Positions 1 to 13,300 of a stretch of 64,000 nucleotides of DNA are shown piece after piece. Position numbers and translations under genes: made by a program. The first letter of the stretch is position 1. The number at the start of each line of letters is the position of its first letter. The notes under the pieces are model-generated. The model made no database searches and was not told the DNA's origin. It saw only the letters and a list, made by a program, of their open reading frames with translations. Source of the DNA: an uncultured Spirochaetota bacterium (GTDB lineage Bacteria > Spirochaetota > Spirochaetia > SZUA-6 > CAVTHK01); NCBI GenBank assembly GCA_963734495.1, contig CAVTHK010000011.1, positions 416,001 to 480,000 of the forward strand, in the 5' to 3' direction.

Positions 1-91
1 CGGGATCGCGGCGCCAGAAGGCGCGGTAGCGCGCGCACTTGGCAGGGTCGTTGCCAAAGGGGTGCTTCGAGGCTGCGGCGCGGCCCGGCAT
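1..91 (-). CDS. N-terminal fragment of a gene running off the window edge (possibly URO-D/methyltransferase-like)
   Basis: ATG at 91, just downstream of the 99..962 stop. It reads MPGRAAASKHPFGNDPAKCARYRAFWRRDP and stays open to the edge. 'RYRAFWRR' resembles 'LHRRFWRM' at the start of the 55875..56912 protein. Confidence 0.4.
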   Translation of the reverse strand, partial: MPGRAAASKHPFGNDPAKCARYRAFWRRDP

Positions 92-98
92 GGCGCGC

Positions 99-962
99 CT
101 ACCGCGTGAGGCCGATCTGGCCGCTCACCTCGACGGGCACCGTGGCGCTCTTCAGCAGCGGCAGCGTCGTCCCCACGGCAAGCGTCGCCGATAACGAATA
201 GGCCAGCGGGGCGCGCCCCAGGAGCGTGTCGCGCACCGTGCGGCCGATCGACGCGAACTCGAGGTTCACCGGGATGTCGATGCGGCCGCTCTGCTTTGCC
301 GCGATCTGGGCCGCGCGCCGCGAGGTGCCCGTGGCCCACCGCTGGCCGCTCACGGAGAAGCGGTAGTCGAGCGAGGCGAGGGAGAGGCCGAAGCCGTTAG
401 GATTGGCGAGCTCCACGCCGAGAACGATGTTCGCGCCCTGCAGCGTCAGTCCTTCGAGCCGCACCGACGCCAGCCTCACGCGGGGGACATGCACGACGGG
501 CAGCGTGCCGTTGTGCGCCGCGGTGACCTTCAACTTGCCCAGTACCGGCAGATCGAAGGCGAGGCCGACGGTGATCTGGTACGGCGTTTCGTCCTTGTCG
601 GCGAGAGCGCGCACGGCGGCAAAGAGCTCGGTGTAGCGGAAGCTCATGGGCACGGGGATCACGGAGGAGCCTCCGGCGCGCAGTCCGACCTTCTTGTCGA
701 CGGTGCCCTTGACCAGCTCGGAGCCTTCGATGACGAGGCTGTAGTCGAAGCCCGCGAGCTCGATGCCCACGGGGTTGGGGTTGGTGATCTTGAGGTCGAG
801 ACGCAGGTCAGCGGTCTCGAATGAGAGGCGCTCGATCACGAAGGCCGCTACTTCCACCGTCGGCTTGCGGATCGCCGACGAGAGGTCGAACGAGGCGCAG
901 GCGGTGAGGGCGGCTGCGACCAGGATCGCTGCGGCGATTCGGACGAGAGAGCGGATGTTCAC
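99..962 (-). CDS. LEA_2/WHy tandem-domain lipoprotein
   Basis: GGAGG RBS before GTG, lipobox LTA-C, and two copies of the WHy motif (ITNPNPVGIELAGFDY; LANPNGFGLSLASLDY). Confidence 0.85.
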   Translation of the reverse strand: MNIRSLVRIAAAILVAAALTACASFDLSSAIRKPTVEVAAFVIERLSFETADLRLDLKITNPNPVGIELAGFDYSLVIEGSELVKGTVDKKVGLRAGGSSVIPVPMSFRYTELFAAVRALADKDETPYQITVGLAFDLPVLGKLKVTAAHNGTLPVVHVPRVRLASVRLEGLTLQGANIVLGVELANPNGFGLSLASLDYRFSVSGQRWATGTSRRAAQIAAKQSGRIDIPVNLEFASIGRTVRDTLLGRAPLAYSLSATLAVGTTLPLLKSATVPVEVSGQIGLTR

Positions 963-1244
963 GGCTTGCCTCCAAGGATCGTTCTCACGCTGGTGCGCTC
1001 ACCTGGACCGGAGCCTGAGCGTGATTCGGGTTGATCTCGAGCGTGCGCGTCCAGGCGTCGCGCGCCTCCGCCTCTGCAGTTTGCAGCAAGCGGCGCCCAA
1101 ATCCCCGGCTACCTGCCTGTAACCGTACATTTTCGGACCACGGCGCACAAGGCAGCGATTGAACAGCCTACCCTTCGTTACCACGCCGAAAACCTTACCG
1201 CCAGACTCGGGTTCCGTCGGCGCAGACGCCTCCTCCCGCCTCTC

Positions 1245-1270
1245 TGAAGGGCTGTCGGTCGGGCCGATAA
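1245..1270 (+). promoter_or_regulatory. Putative sigma-28 (FliA-type) promoter upstream of the giant gene
   Basis: Exact GCCGATAA at 1263-1270, with a degenerate TGAAG upstream at 1245. Confidence 0.35.
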
Positions 1271-1391
1271 TGAATAGGGCAGATCTCGCGCGTGCTCGCG
1301 TGCGGGCCGAGCAGTCTTCGGAGCGTGCGTCCGCGCGAAGCGCTGCGCAGGCGCTTGCCAGTGTCGACGAGCCTCGGACTTCGGCAGTTGC

Positions 1392-4300
1392 GTGGGGTAC
1401 CATTTGCTGCTAAGGGGGGATGCCAAAGACGCCATCCGCTCAAGACAGCGATCGGAGAGGCTCGCACATCGGGCACTGTCGCGTCGAGGAGCCGGGTCTT
1501 GCGGTGGTGATCGCGTCTGCATCCGCGGAATGGAGACACGGCAGGCCACTCAAGGCAGACATTCCCCGTCCGTGCAGGCCGTGCGTCGCATGCCGCGCAA
1601 CCTGCGGCTCAGCCGTATGCGTGATGGAGCCGGTTGCCGGTCCGCGCCAGCTCTCCCCTTGCCGCTTCTCATATGTCCTGCTGTTCCGGCGCCGTGTCAC
1701 ACCCCAGGAGCCACTGCGCTAGCAGGCGCGAGACGAACGGCGGCATCGCGCTCAGACAGGTTCTCGCGCCTCCGATCTTCCCTCACGCTGCTCCTTTTTC
1801 TGGCAACCTCGGTTCCCTCCGTCATGGCGCAGTCCTGGTACGATTCCGCATGGACAAGCAGGCAGAAGATAACGATCAACAGCAATGGGGCGGCCTATGG
1901 TCTGTCCGCAAGCCTGACCAGGTTCCCTTTCCTGCTCAAGATCACCGACGGCGGCAACGATCTGTTCGTCAGGGCCCAGGCGGGCGGGAACGACATTCTC
2001 TTCACGGCAGAGGATGGCACCACCAGGATCCCCCACGAGATCGAGAACTTCAGCAACGGGGGCACCAAGGACCTGACCGCCTGGGTCCAGCTGCCGACTT
2101 TCCGATACGACGCGGTCACCGTGATCTACATGTACTACGGCAACGCGAGTGTGGGGAGCCAGCAGCAGAAACGGGAGGTCTGGGACGCGACGTTCGGGAC
2201 GGTTTACCACCTCAAGGAAACCGGCACCGCCGGCAACTACGAAGACAGCACGCGCAACGCGAACGCCGGGCTGGGAGGGACGATCACCACCAACCAGGCG
2301 CCGACGAGGAGCACGGACAGCATTGCGGGATACAGCCAGGACCTCGACGGAACGGACGACTTTGTCAAAGTACCGGGCCTCATGGGCCAACCCGTAAACG
2401 CCACTGTCAGCGCATGGGTGAACCTCGATGCGCCAAGCAGTGCTCTCGGATCCACCGTCTTCTCCATCGGCGACAGCCTGGTTCTCAGCCTGGACCACGC
2501 GACACCAACGGGTCACGTGGTCGGCTTTTTCTATGACGGAGCGGCCTGGCGAGTGACTGACACGACCGTGACTGTTGCGGGGACAGGCTGGCACCATGTG
2601 GCCTACCGGCTGGACGACGCGGCGCACGGGTCGTACGTGTACATCGATGGCGTCCAGCAGGGCGCGGCGAACTACGCGGGAAGCCCGACGTACACCCTGG
2701 GGTCTGACACCTATATCGGAAAGCACGGCAACGGCTCGGCGGGAGTTGAGTTCAACGGGCGCATCGACGAGCTGAGGTTCTCCGGCGCGTCCCGGTCACC
2801 GGACTGGATCAAGACAGAGTACCAGACCCAGGCGGCCTCGGCGCAGGGGGCGCCTGCAAGCCCGGACACCGTGGACAACACCAGGTTCATCAAGCAGAAG
2901 GAGCGGCAGCTTCCCTATTTCCAGTACAAGCGTGCGCTGACGATCAACGCCGGCATGGTGCTGGGGACCCACACGGATTTTCCGGTCCTGGTCCACGTGA
3001 CTCTGAATCCTGCGCACGTGATGAACGCCAACGGCTACGACACCATGTTCACCGATGACAACGGCGTGCCTCTCTCGCACGAGATCGAGTCCTACAACAG
3101 CGGCACCGGCGAGCTGTGGGCGTGGGTGAAGGTGCCGACGCTGCAGAGCTCCGCAGATACGGTTCTCTATCTCTACTACGGAAACGGGAACCTCGTCTCG
3201 CCTCCGTCGGCGATGGCGGTCTGGAACAGCAGCTACGGGATGGTTCAGCATCTGAACAAGGATCCTTCCGGGTCGCAGACAGACAGCACCGCGAATGGGA
3301 ACAACGGCACCAGCAACGGCATGACTGCGGGCAACCTGGTGGATGCCATGATAGGAAAAGGCGTTCAGTTCGATGGGAGCCACTACATAACCGTGCCGAG
3401 CAGCGCGAGTCTGAATGCAACGGCCGCGCTTACCCTGTCCGCATGGGTCAAGCTTACCGACTCGACCAACGACCAGAAGATCCTTGGGAAGACCAACAGT
3501 CCCGCCCCCACCCGCGGTTATCTCATTGGGGCGCAGACCGCCGGGCTGTACCCCGAAACCTGGGACAGCCTGGGTACCCACAGGACCTTCAACTCCGGTA
3601 CGATCACGTCCGGCCAGTGGACCTATCTGACGCTCACGTCGACCGCCAACGGCAATATGATCGGCTACGTCAATGGCGTCCAGGTGAACAGCATCTCGGC
3701 CGGCACCAACAACCTGGGCACCAGCGCCGGTGCTTTGGTCATGGGCGCCGCTCCCTGGGATCCGACCCAGCTCCGTGCGACCGGAACCCTGGACGAAACG
3801 CGTGTTTCAACAAGCGTCCGCTCCGCCAACTGGATCGCCACCGAGTACAACAACCAGAGCGACACGACGATAGGGGCCGGCAAGTTCATCAAGAGCGTCG
3901 GGGCGGAGACGACGGCGTATCCCTCGTGGTGGAATGCGAGCTGGAATTACCGCAAGACCTTGACTCTGAATGCAGACAAGGTGGGAACGAACAACATACC
4001 CAAGGACAACAGCGACCTGGCAAACATGCCGGTGCTCCTGAGCTTCACGGATGCGGAGATCGGGTCGGCCGCGCAGTGGAGCGGAAACGACATCGCCTTC
4101 ACGATCAACGGACAGAAGCTCGATCATGAGCTGGTGAGCTTCGACAGGAGCTCGGGCAAGATGATCGCGTGGGTGAAGATCCCAGCGATCTCCTCGTGGA
4201 TGGACACGAGGGTGGACGTGTATTATGGGAACCCCGCCGCCTCGAACCAGCAGAATGTCGCGGGGACATGGAGCAACGGGTTCTCCGGCGTCTGGCACCT

Positions 4301-7300
4301 GGAGGAGGCCGGCGGAGGGGTCACTTCCGTCTACCGGGACAGCTCTCCGGCGGGCAACGACGGCACCAGCGGCACGTTTACCGTTACCGGCACGCCGACG
4401 GCCGGGCCGGCGAAGATCGCCGGCGGACAATCCTTTGACGGCATCGCCAACACCATCACCACCTCCTGGACGATCGCAAATCCCCAGGAGTTCACCCTCT
4501 CCGCGTGGGTAAATACGAGCTCGACCACGGGAAACAAGATCATCGGCTTCGAGAATGCCCAGACCGGAACGGGAACTACGATCTTTGACCGGTCCCTGTG
4601 GATCGGGACGGACGGAAGGGCCTACTTCGGCTGTTACAGCGGCACTACGGACATCGCGGCGTCGGCCTTAACCTACAACAACGGCGCCTGGCACTACCTG
4701 GTAGGTGTACGCAACGACACGACGGACACGCTCACCCTGTACGCGGACGGAGCGCAGGTGGGCACGAAGGCGAATGCGAGTGCGGAGGTGAGGACGCAGT
4801 GGTGGCGAATCGGGAGCTACAAGAACGTGGGCTGGACGAACGGGGCTGATGGGTACTTCCCGGGCACCCTTGACGAGGTACGCATATCCTACGCGGCGCG
4901 GAGCGCAGACTGGGTCAAAGCTGAATACGTCAACCAGAACGCACCGGGGAGCAACATCACCATCGATCCGCCTCCCACCCTGTGGACCTGGACAGGGGCT
5001 TCGGGAGCCCCCTGGTCGGTCAACGGGAACTGGGATCAGGGCATTTATCCGAACGACAACACGCGACAGGTCCTCGTTGGGGGGACGGGTGGTCCGCAGC
5101 TCGGGGAGAACATCGCGATCAAACGCCTGACGATCGAGGCGGCGCACAGCGTCGATCTCAACGGGTACACGCTGTCGATCGATGACGCGAACGGCCTGGA
5201 AAACCAGGGCACGGTGTATTTTAGCGGCAGAACGGGAGTGAGCAGCGACGCGATCTCGCGGATGGACACCACGTCGGGGACGGTCGTGTATCGGACGACT
5301 GCCGCGTCGATTCGGGACTTCGGGGCGGTCGATTACTACAATCTCACTGTCGACGGGATCACGGCGGACCTGGTCTCCGACATCACGGTGGCGGGAAATC
5401 TGGCCCTTGCGAACAACGCCACGCTGAACCTGAACGGTCACACACTGACGGTCCTGGGGGACTCGACCGGAACGGGGACAGTGGCCGCGGGCAGCGGGAC
5501 GCTGGTGGTGAAAGGTAATCTGACGGTCAGCGCTTTGTCGTCCACGACCGGAAACATCCAGATTGCCCGCATTTTCAACCCCGGCGCCTTCACGGCGGGG
5601 ACGGGCACCGTGGAATTCATCGACCCTGCGTGGAACGGGGAGATTCTGGGCAGCCGGACCTTCAACAATCTGAGGATCGTCACGCCGGGCAAGACCGTGC
5701 TTTTCCAGAACGGCACGACACAGATAGTGGCGGACTTTACGGTCACCGGCACGATCGGCTCGCAGGTGAGCCTGCGGAGCACCACGGACGCAAGCCAGTG
5801 GACCATCACGCCGACCACCAAGTCCGTGAGCTACGGGTACGTAAAGGACAGCATCGCGAGCTCCGTGATCAGCGCGAACAACAGCACCGACGGTGGGAAC
5901 AACAACGTCAACTGGCAATTCAACTCGGCCGGCCAGCTCCACCACTTTGCCATCTCCGCGATCGCCAGCCCCCAGATTGCCGGGGCGCCGTTCTCGGTCA
6001 CGATCACGGCGCAGGACATATTGAACGCGACGGTGGCGGGATTCACGGGCACGGTGACGATCAGTGACCGCACGGGAACTGTGACACCCCTGGTGAGCGG
6101 GAGCTTCGCGGGCGGGGTGCGGACCGAGACGGTGATCATCGGAGCCGCGGCGACGAACGTCACGATTGTGGTCAACAACGGGACAATTGCGGGCCAGAGC
6201 GCGAGCTTCGACGTGCAGGCGTATACGCCGTTCGTCGGTCTCATCGGCCACTGGAGGTTCGACGATGGCTCTGGAACGACGGCGATCGATTCGTCCGTGA
6301 GCTCCAACCCCGGGACGCTGGTAAACGGTCCGACGTGGACGGCCGGACGCGTCGGGGGCGCCGTGAGCTTCGATGGGACCGACGATTACGTGACCGTGGC
6401 AAATGAGGCCACATACGACGTCACGGGCAACCTGACTGTGGCGGCATGGATCAAGGTCGATACGTTCACGAAACAGTGGCAGTCGATCGTGACCAAGGGC
6501 GACAGCGCGTGGAGGCTGCTTCGCAACAACCTGACCGACGCCCTGTGTTTTGCCGGGACCGGACTGACAGCCGACACCGTGTATGGAACGAGGAATGTCA
6601 ACGACGGTCAGTGGCACCATGCGGTCGGAGTGTACGACGGCACCAGGCTGTCCCTGTACGTCGACGGCACTCTGGACGCGTCGGCCGCGTCGACGGGCGC
6701 GATCGGCACGAACAACTACAATGTGTTCATCGGGGAGAACGCTCAGGCGACGGGACGGCAGTTCGACGGGCTGATCGACGATGTGCGCGTCTACAACCGG
6801 GCCCTGAGCGCCACTGACGTCTCCGCTCTCTACTACGACCCGACCTCCGTCGTCACCATCACCGCTCGTCAGACGGAAGACGCTGACGGAGACGGCCGCA
6901 TCGATCGCATCAAGGTCACCGCCAGCGAGGCTCTCAACGACGCTTTTGCCGGCTTGACGGTCACGGTGTCGGGCTACACGCTCTCCCTGCCGACCAGCTA
7001 TGACACCGGCGGCACTGCCAACGATGCGGTGTTCTATGTTCTCATCAACGAGGGCGGAAGCCCCGACTCGGGGGCGACGCCTGCGGTGCGGATCACGGGC
7101 AACAGCAGCCTCAAGAACCTATCGGGCACGAGATGGGTTGCCCCGGATCCTGCAGCCGTGCCTGCGACCGATCTTGCGGCACCCGTTCTGAGCAGCGTAA
7201 GCCGCGCCGACGGCGGCAACAACGGTGCGGGCGCCGGGGATACCATCACTCTCGTCTATAGCGAGGCGCTGTCCGCTGCCTCGATCAGCGCGGCCCTGGT

Positions 7301-10300
7301 GGGAGCGAACGCCAACAACGCCCTGGCCGCGGGGAGCGGGAACATCACTGGCGCTTTGGCCGACATCATCGCAGAGTCAGGCAGCTTTGCCACACCGACG
7401 ACCGCGACCGCGAGTGCAACCACCCTGACCTTGAGCGCCGACGGTCGTACCGTGACCGTTACGCTGGGCGGGACCGTTGTCGACGGCGTGTTCCCCGCGG
7501 GCGTGTTTACCCCCGTCGCCACCTACGGCGATACGCACGGCAACGCCGCGAACACCGCGGCCACACAGACTGCCACGGGGACGTGGGACGGGACCGCGCC
7601 GCAGCTCGTGAGTGTCACCCTGGCCGACGCAGGCAACGCGGGGGCGGGAATCGGCGACACGATCACCCTGATCTACAACGAGGCTTTGTCTGCAGCTTCG
7701 ATTTCTGCCGCCCTGGTCGGGGCCAACACCAACAACGCCCTGGCCGCAGGCAGCGGGAACATCACCGGCGCTCTGGCTGACATAGTCGCGGAGCTGGGCA
7801 GTTTCGCCACCCCTGCGACCGCGACCGCAAGTGCAACCACCCTGGCGCTGAGTGCCGACGGGCGGACGGTGACCATCACGCTCGGTGGCACTGTGGCCGA
7901 CGGCGTGTTCCCCAGTGGCGTCTTTACGCCGGCAGGGACCTACACCGACCGCTATGGTGCCAACACCATCAACACAACAGTCACGCGGACTGCCGGCGGG
8001 AGCTGGGACGCGACTGCACCTCAGTTGGTGAGCGTCGCTCTGGCTGACGCGGGGAACGCAGGCGCAGGGGTCGGCGACACTGTCACGCTGGTCTACAACG
8101 AAGCGCTGTCCGCCGCTTCGATTTCTGCTGCGCTGGTCGGGGCCAACACCAACAACGCGCTGGCCGCGGGCAGTGGGAACATCACCGGCGCTCTGGCCGA
8201 CATCATCGGGGAGATGGGCGGATTCGCCACCCCTGCGACCGCGACCGCGAGTGCAGCCACGTTGACCTTGAGCGCCGACGGGCTGACGGTGACCATCACC
8301 CTGGGCGGCACGGTGGCTGACGGCGTGTTTCCTGCCGGCGCCTTTACCCCTGCGGGGTCCTATACCGACCGTTATGGTGCCAACGTCGTCAACACCAGCG
8401 TCACCCAGACTGCCACTGGGAGTTGGGACGCGACCGCGCCGCAGCTCGTGAGTGTCACTCTGGCCGATGCGGGCAACGCAGGGGCCGGGGTCGGCGACAC
8501 GGTCACCCTGATCTACGACGAGGCGCTTTCCGCCTCATCCATAAGCGCGGTGCTGGTGGGTGCCAACACTAACAACGCCCTGGCTGCGGGAAGCGGGAAC
8601 ATTACCGGCGCTTTGGCCGACATCATCGCAGAGTTCGGCAGCTTCGCCACACCGACGACCGCGACCGCGAGCGCAGGCGCCCTGACACTGAGCGCCGACG
8701 GGCGGACGGTGACCATCACCCTGGGCGGAACGGTGACTGACGGCGTGTTCCCTGCCGGCGTGTTCACGCCGGCGGCGAGCTACACGGATGCGCACGCGAA
8801 CAGCGTCGATGTCGCGGTGACCCAGACCGCCAGTGGGAGCTGGGACGCGACAGCGCCGCAGATAGTGAGTGTGAACCTTGCCGATGCAGGCAACGCAGGC
8901 GCGGGGATCGGCGACACCATCACGCTGGTCTACAACGAAGCGCTGTCGGCAGCTTCGATCAGCGCGGCGCTGGTCGGGGCCAACACCAACAACGCGCTGG
9001 CCGCGGGCAGCGGGAACGTCACGGGCGCCTTTGCCGACATCATTGCGGAGCTGGGCAGCTTTGCCACACCGACGACGGCGACCGCGACTGCAACCACCCT
9101 GACGCTGAGTGCCGACGGGCGGGCGGTGACGATCACGCTCGGCGGGACTGTGGCCGATGGTGTCTTCCCTGCCGGCGTGTTCACGCCGGCGGCGAGCTAC
9201 ACGGACGCGCACGCAAACAGCGTCGATGTCGCGGTGACCCGGACCGCTGGCGGGAGTTGGGATGCGACGGCGCCGCAGTTGGTGAGCGTAACCCTGGCTG
9301 ACGCAGGCAACGCGGGGGCGGGAGTCGGCGACACCATCACGATGGTCTACAACGAGGCGCTTTCCGCCTCATCCATAAGCGCGGCGCTGGTGGGTGCCAA
9401 CACCAACAACGCGCTGGCCGCGGGCAGCGGGAACGTCACGGGCGCCCTGGCCGACATCATCGCGGAGCTGGGCAGCTTTGCCACACCGACGACGGCGACC
9501 GCGAGCTGCAACCACCCTGACCGCTGAGTGCCGACGGGTTGACGGTGACCATCACCCTGGGCGGAACGGTGACTGACGGCGTGTTCCCCGGTGGCGTCTT
9601 CACCCCCGCGGGGACCTACACCGACCGCTTCGGCGGCAACGTGGTAAACACCAGCGTCACCCAAGCTGCCGGCGGGAGTTGGGACGCGACGGCGCCGCAG
9701 TTGGTGAGCGTAGCCCTGGCTGACGCAGGCAACGCGGGGGCGGGAGTCGGCGACACGATCACGCTTGGTCTACAACGAGGCGCTTTCCGCCTCATCCGTA
9801 AGCGCGGCGCTGGTCGGGGCCAACACCAACAACGCGCTGGCCGCGGGCAGCGGGAACGTCACGGGCGCCCTGGCGGACATCATCGCGGAGCTGGGCGGCT
9901 TTGCCACCCCGACGACAGCGACTGCCAGCTCAACCACACTGACCGTGAGCGCCGACGAGTTGACGGTGACCATCACCCTGGGCGGGACGGTGACTGACGG
10001 CGTGTTCCCTGCCGGCGTCTTCACGCCGACGGCGACCTACACCGACCGCTTCGGCGGCAACACGATCAACACCGCGGTGACGCAGACGGCCGCGGGGAGC
10101 TGGGATGCGACGGCGCCTCAGTTAGTGAGTGTCACCCTTGCCGATGCGGGCAACGCAGGGGCGGCGACGGGCGACACTATCACGCTTGTCTACAACGAGG
10201 CGCTGTCGGCCGCTTCGATTTCTGCGGCGCTGGTGGGCGCCAACACGAACAACGCGCTGGCAGCGGGCAGCGGCAACATCACCGGCGCCCTGGCCGACAT

Positions 10301-13300
10301 CATCGCGGAGCTGGGCAGCTTCGCCACGCCAACGACCGCCACCGCGAGTGCAGCGACCCTGGCGCTGAGCGCAGATGGTCGTACCGTCACCCTCACCCTG
10401 GGCGGCACCGTGGCTGACGGAGTGTTCCCAGGCGGACTCTTTACTCCGGCTGCCACCTACGGCGACACGCACGGCAACACAGTGAACACCGCGGTCACCC
10501 AGACTGCGACCGGGACCTGGGACGCGACGGCGCCGCAGTTGGTGAGCGTCACTCTGGGTGACGCAGCAAACGCGGGGGCCGGGGCTGGCGACACTATCGG
10601 GCTGGTCTACAACGAGGCACTGTCGGCCGCTTCGATTTCTGCTGCCCTGGTTGGGGCCAACACCAACAACGCGCTGGCCGCGGGCAGCGGCAACATCACC
10701 GGCGCCCTGGCGGATATCGTCGCGGAACTGGGCGGCTTCGCCACCCCGACGACCGCGACTGCCAGTGCAACCGCGCTGGCCCTGAGCGCTGACGGCCGCA
10801 CGGTCACCATCACGCTGGGTGGGACGGTGGCTGACGGCGCGTTCCCTGGCGGGCTCTTCACTCCTGCTGCCGCCTACAGCGACACCCACGGCAACACGGT
10901 CAACACCGCGGTCACTCAGACTGCCACCGGCACGTGGGACGCGACGGCGCCGCAGCTCGTGAGCGTCACGCTTGCCGATGCCGGCAACGCAGGCGCGGGT
11001 GTCGGCGATACGATCACGCTGGTCTACAACGAAGCGCTGTCGGCCTCCTCCATCAGCGCCGCTCTTGTGGGTGCCAACATCAACAACGCGCTGGGTGCGG
11101 GCAGCGGCAACATCACTGGCGCTCTGGCGGACGTGATCGCGGAGCTGGGCGGCTTCGCCATCCCGACCGCAGCGACCGCGAGTGTCACCACCCTGACGCT
11201 GAGTGCCGATGGGCGTACGGCAACGATCGCCCTGGGTGGGACGGTGGCTGACGGCGTGTTCCCGGGCGGCGTCTTTACGCCGGCGGCGACCTACACCGAC
11301 CGCTTTGGCGGCAACACGATTAACACAACGGTGACGCCGACTGCGACCGGGAGCTGGGATGCGACCGCACCGCAGTTGGTGAGCGTCACTCTAGGTGACG
11401 CAGGAAACGCCGGGGCGGGGGTTGGCGACACGATCACGCTGGTCTACAACGAGGCGCTTTCCGCCTCCTCGATCAGCTCTGCTCTGGTGGGCTCGAACAC
11501 AAATAACGCGCTGGCCGCGGGTAGCGGCAACGTCACGGGCGCCCTGGCCAACGTTATCGCCGAGTTGGGCAACTTCGCCACGCCGGCGAGCGCCACCGCG
11601 TCCGCAACCACCCTGACGCTGAGCGCTGACGGCCGCACGGTCACTATCACCCTGGGCGGTACCGTCGTCGACGGGACGTTCCCCGCGGGTGTGTTTACCC
11701 TTGTCGCCACTTACAGCGACCCGCACGGCAACACAGTGACCACCGCGGTAACTCAGACTGCCACCGGAACCTGGGACGGTACGGCGCCGCAGCTTGTGAG
11801 TGTCACTCTGGCCGACGCAGGGAACGCAGGGGCAGGGGTCGGCGACACCATCGCACTTGTCTACGACGAAGCGCTGTCAGCCTCCTCGATCAGCACGGCT
11901 CTTGTGGGCGGCAACACCAACAACGCGCTGGCCACCGGCAGCGGGAACATCACCGGCGCGCTGGCCGACATCGTCGCGGAGCTGGGCAGCTTCGCCACGC
12001 CGACGACGGCGACCGCGAGCGCAACCACGCTGACCCTGAGCGCCGACGGCCGCACGGTGACCGTCACGCTCGGCGGCACCCTGGCCGACGGCGTGTTCCC
12101 TGCCGGAGTCTTTACGCCGGCGGCAAGCTACACCGACGCGCACGGCAACGTCGTCAACACCGCGGTCACGCAGACCGCCACCGGGACGTGGGATGGCACG
12201 GCGCCGCAGCTGGTGAGCGTCACGCTCGCCGATGCAGGCAACGCAGGGGCTGGGGCCGGCGACACCATCACGCTGGTCTACAACGAGGCTCTTTCTGCCG
12301 CTTCGATCTCTGCCGCCCTGATTGGGGCTAGCGTCAACAACGCGCTGGCTGCGGGCAGCGGGAACATCACCGGCACCTTGGCCAACGTCACCGGGGAGCT
12401 GGGCAGCTTCGCGACGCCGACCACGGCGACCGCGAGTGCAACCACCCTGACGCTGAGCGCCGACGGTCGCACCGTCACCCTCACTCTGGGCGGCACAGTG
12501 GCCGATGGCGTGTTCCCCGCCGGCGTGTTTACCCCTGTCGCCACCTACACCGACACGCACGGCAACATCGTGAGCACTGCGATTACTCAGACTGCCACCG
12601 GGACTTGGGACGGCACGGCACCGCAGCTCGTGAGCGTCACGCTTGCCGATGCGGGCAACGCGGGCGCAGGCGCGGGCGACACGATCACGCTGCTCTACAA
12701 CGAAGCGCTGTCTGCCTCCTCGATTAGCGCCGCTCTGATGGGCGGCAACACCAACAACGCCTTGGCAGCAGGCAGCGGCAACATCACCGGCGCGCTTGCC
12801 GACATCATCGCAGAGCTGGGGAGCTTCGCCACCCCGACTACGGCGACTGCCAGTGCGACCACCCTGACGCTGAGCGCCGACGGTCGTACGGTCACCCTCA
12901 CTCTCGGCGGCACAGTGGTCGACGGCGTGTTCCCCGCCGGCGTGGTTACCCCGACGGCAAGCTACGCCGACGCGCACGGCGAACGGCATCAACACGGCGG
13001 TGACGCAGACTGCCACCGGGAGCTGGGACGCGACCGCGCCGCAGCTTGTCAGCGTCACCCTGGCCGACGCAGGAAACGCGGGAGCGGGCGTCGGCGACAC
13101 CATCACGCTGGTCTACAACGAGGCGTTGTCTGCCTCCTCGATCAGCGCGGCCCTCGTGGGGGCCAACGCCAACAACGCGCTGGCTGCGGGCAGCGGCAAC
13201 ATCACCGGCGCCCTGGCGGACATTATCGCGGAGCTCGGCAGCTTCGCCACACCCACGACGGCGACCGCCACCGCCACGACGCTGAGCCTGAGCGCCGACG

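Noticed and set aside
963-1420. c-di-GMP riboswitch upstream of the adhesin
   Set aside because: I could not find the GGCAAA..GAAA..GACGCAAA (class I) pattern by eye. An Rfam scan would be needed to exclude other RNAs.
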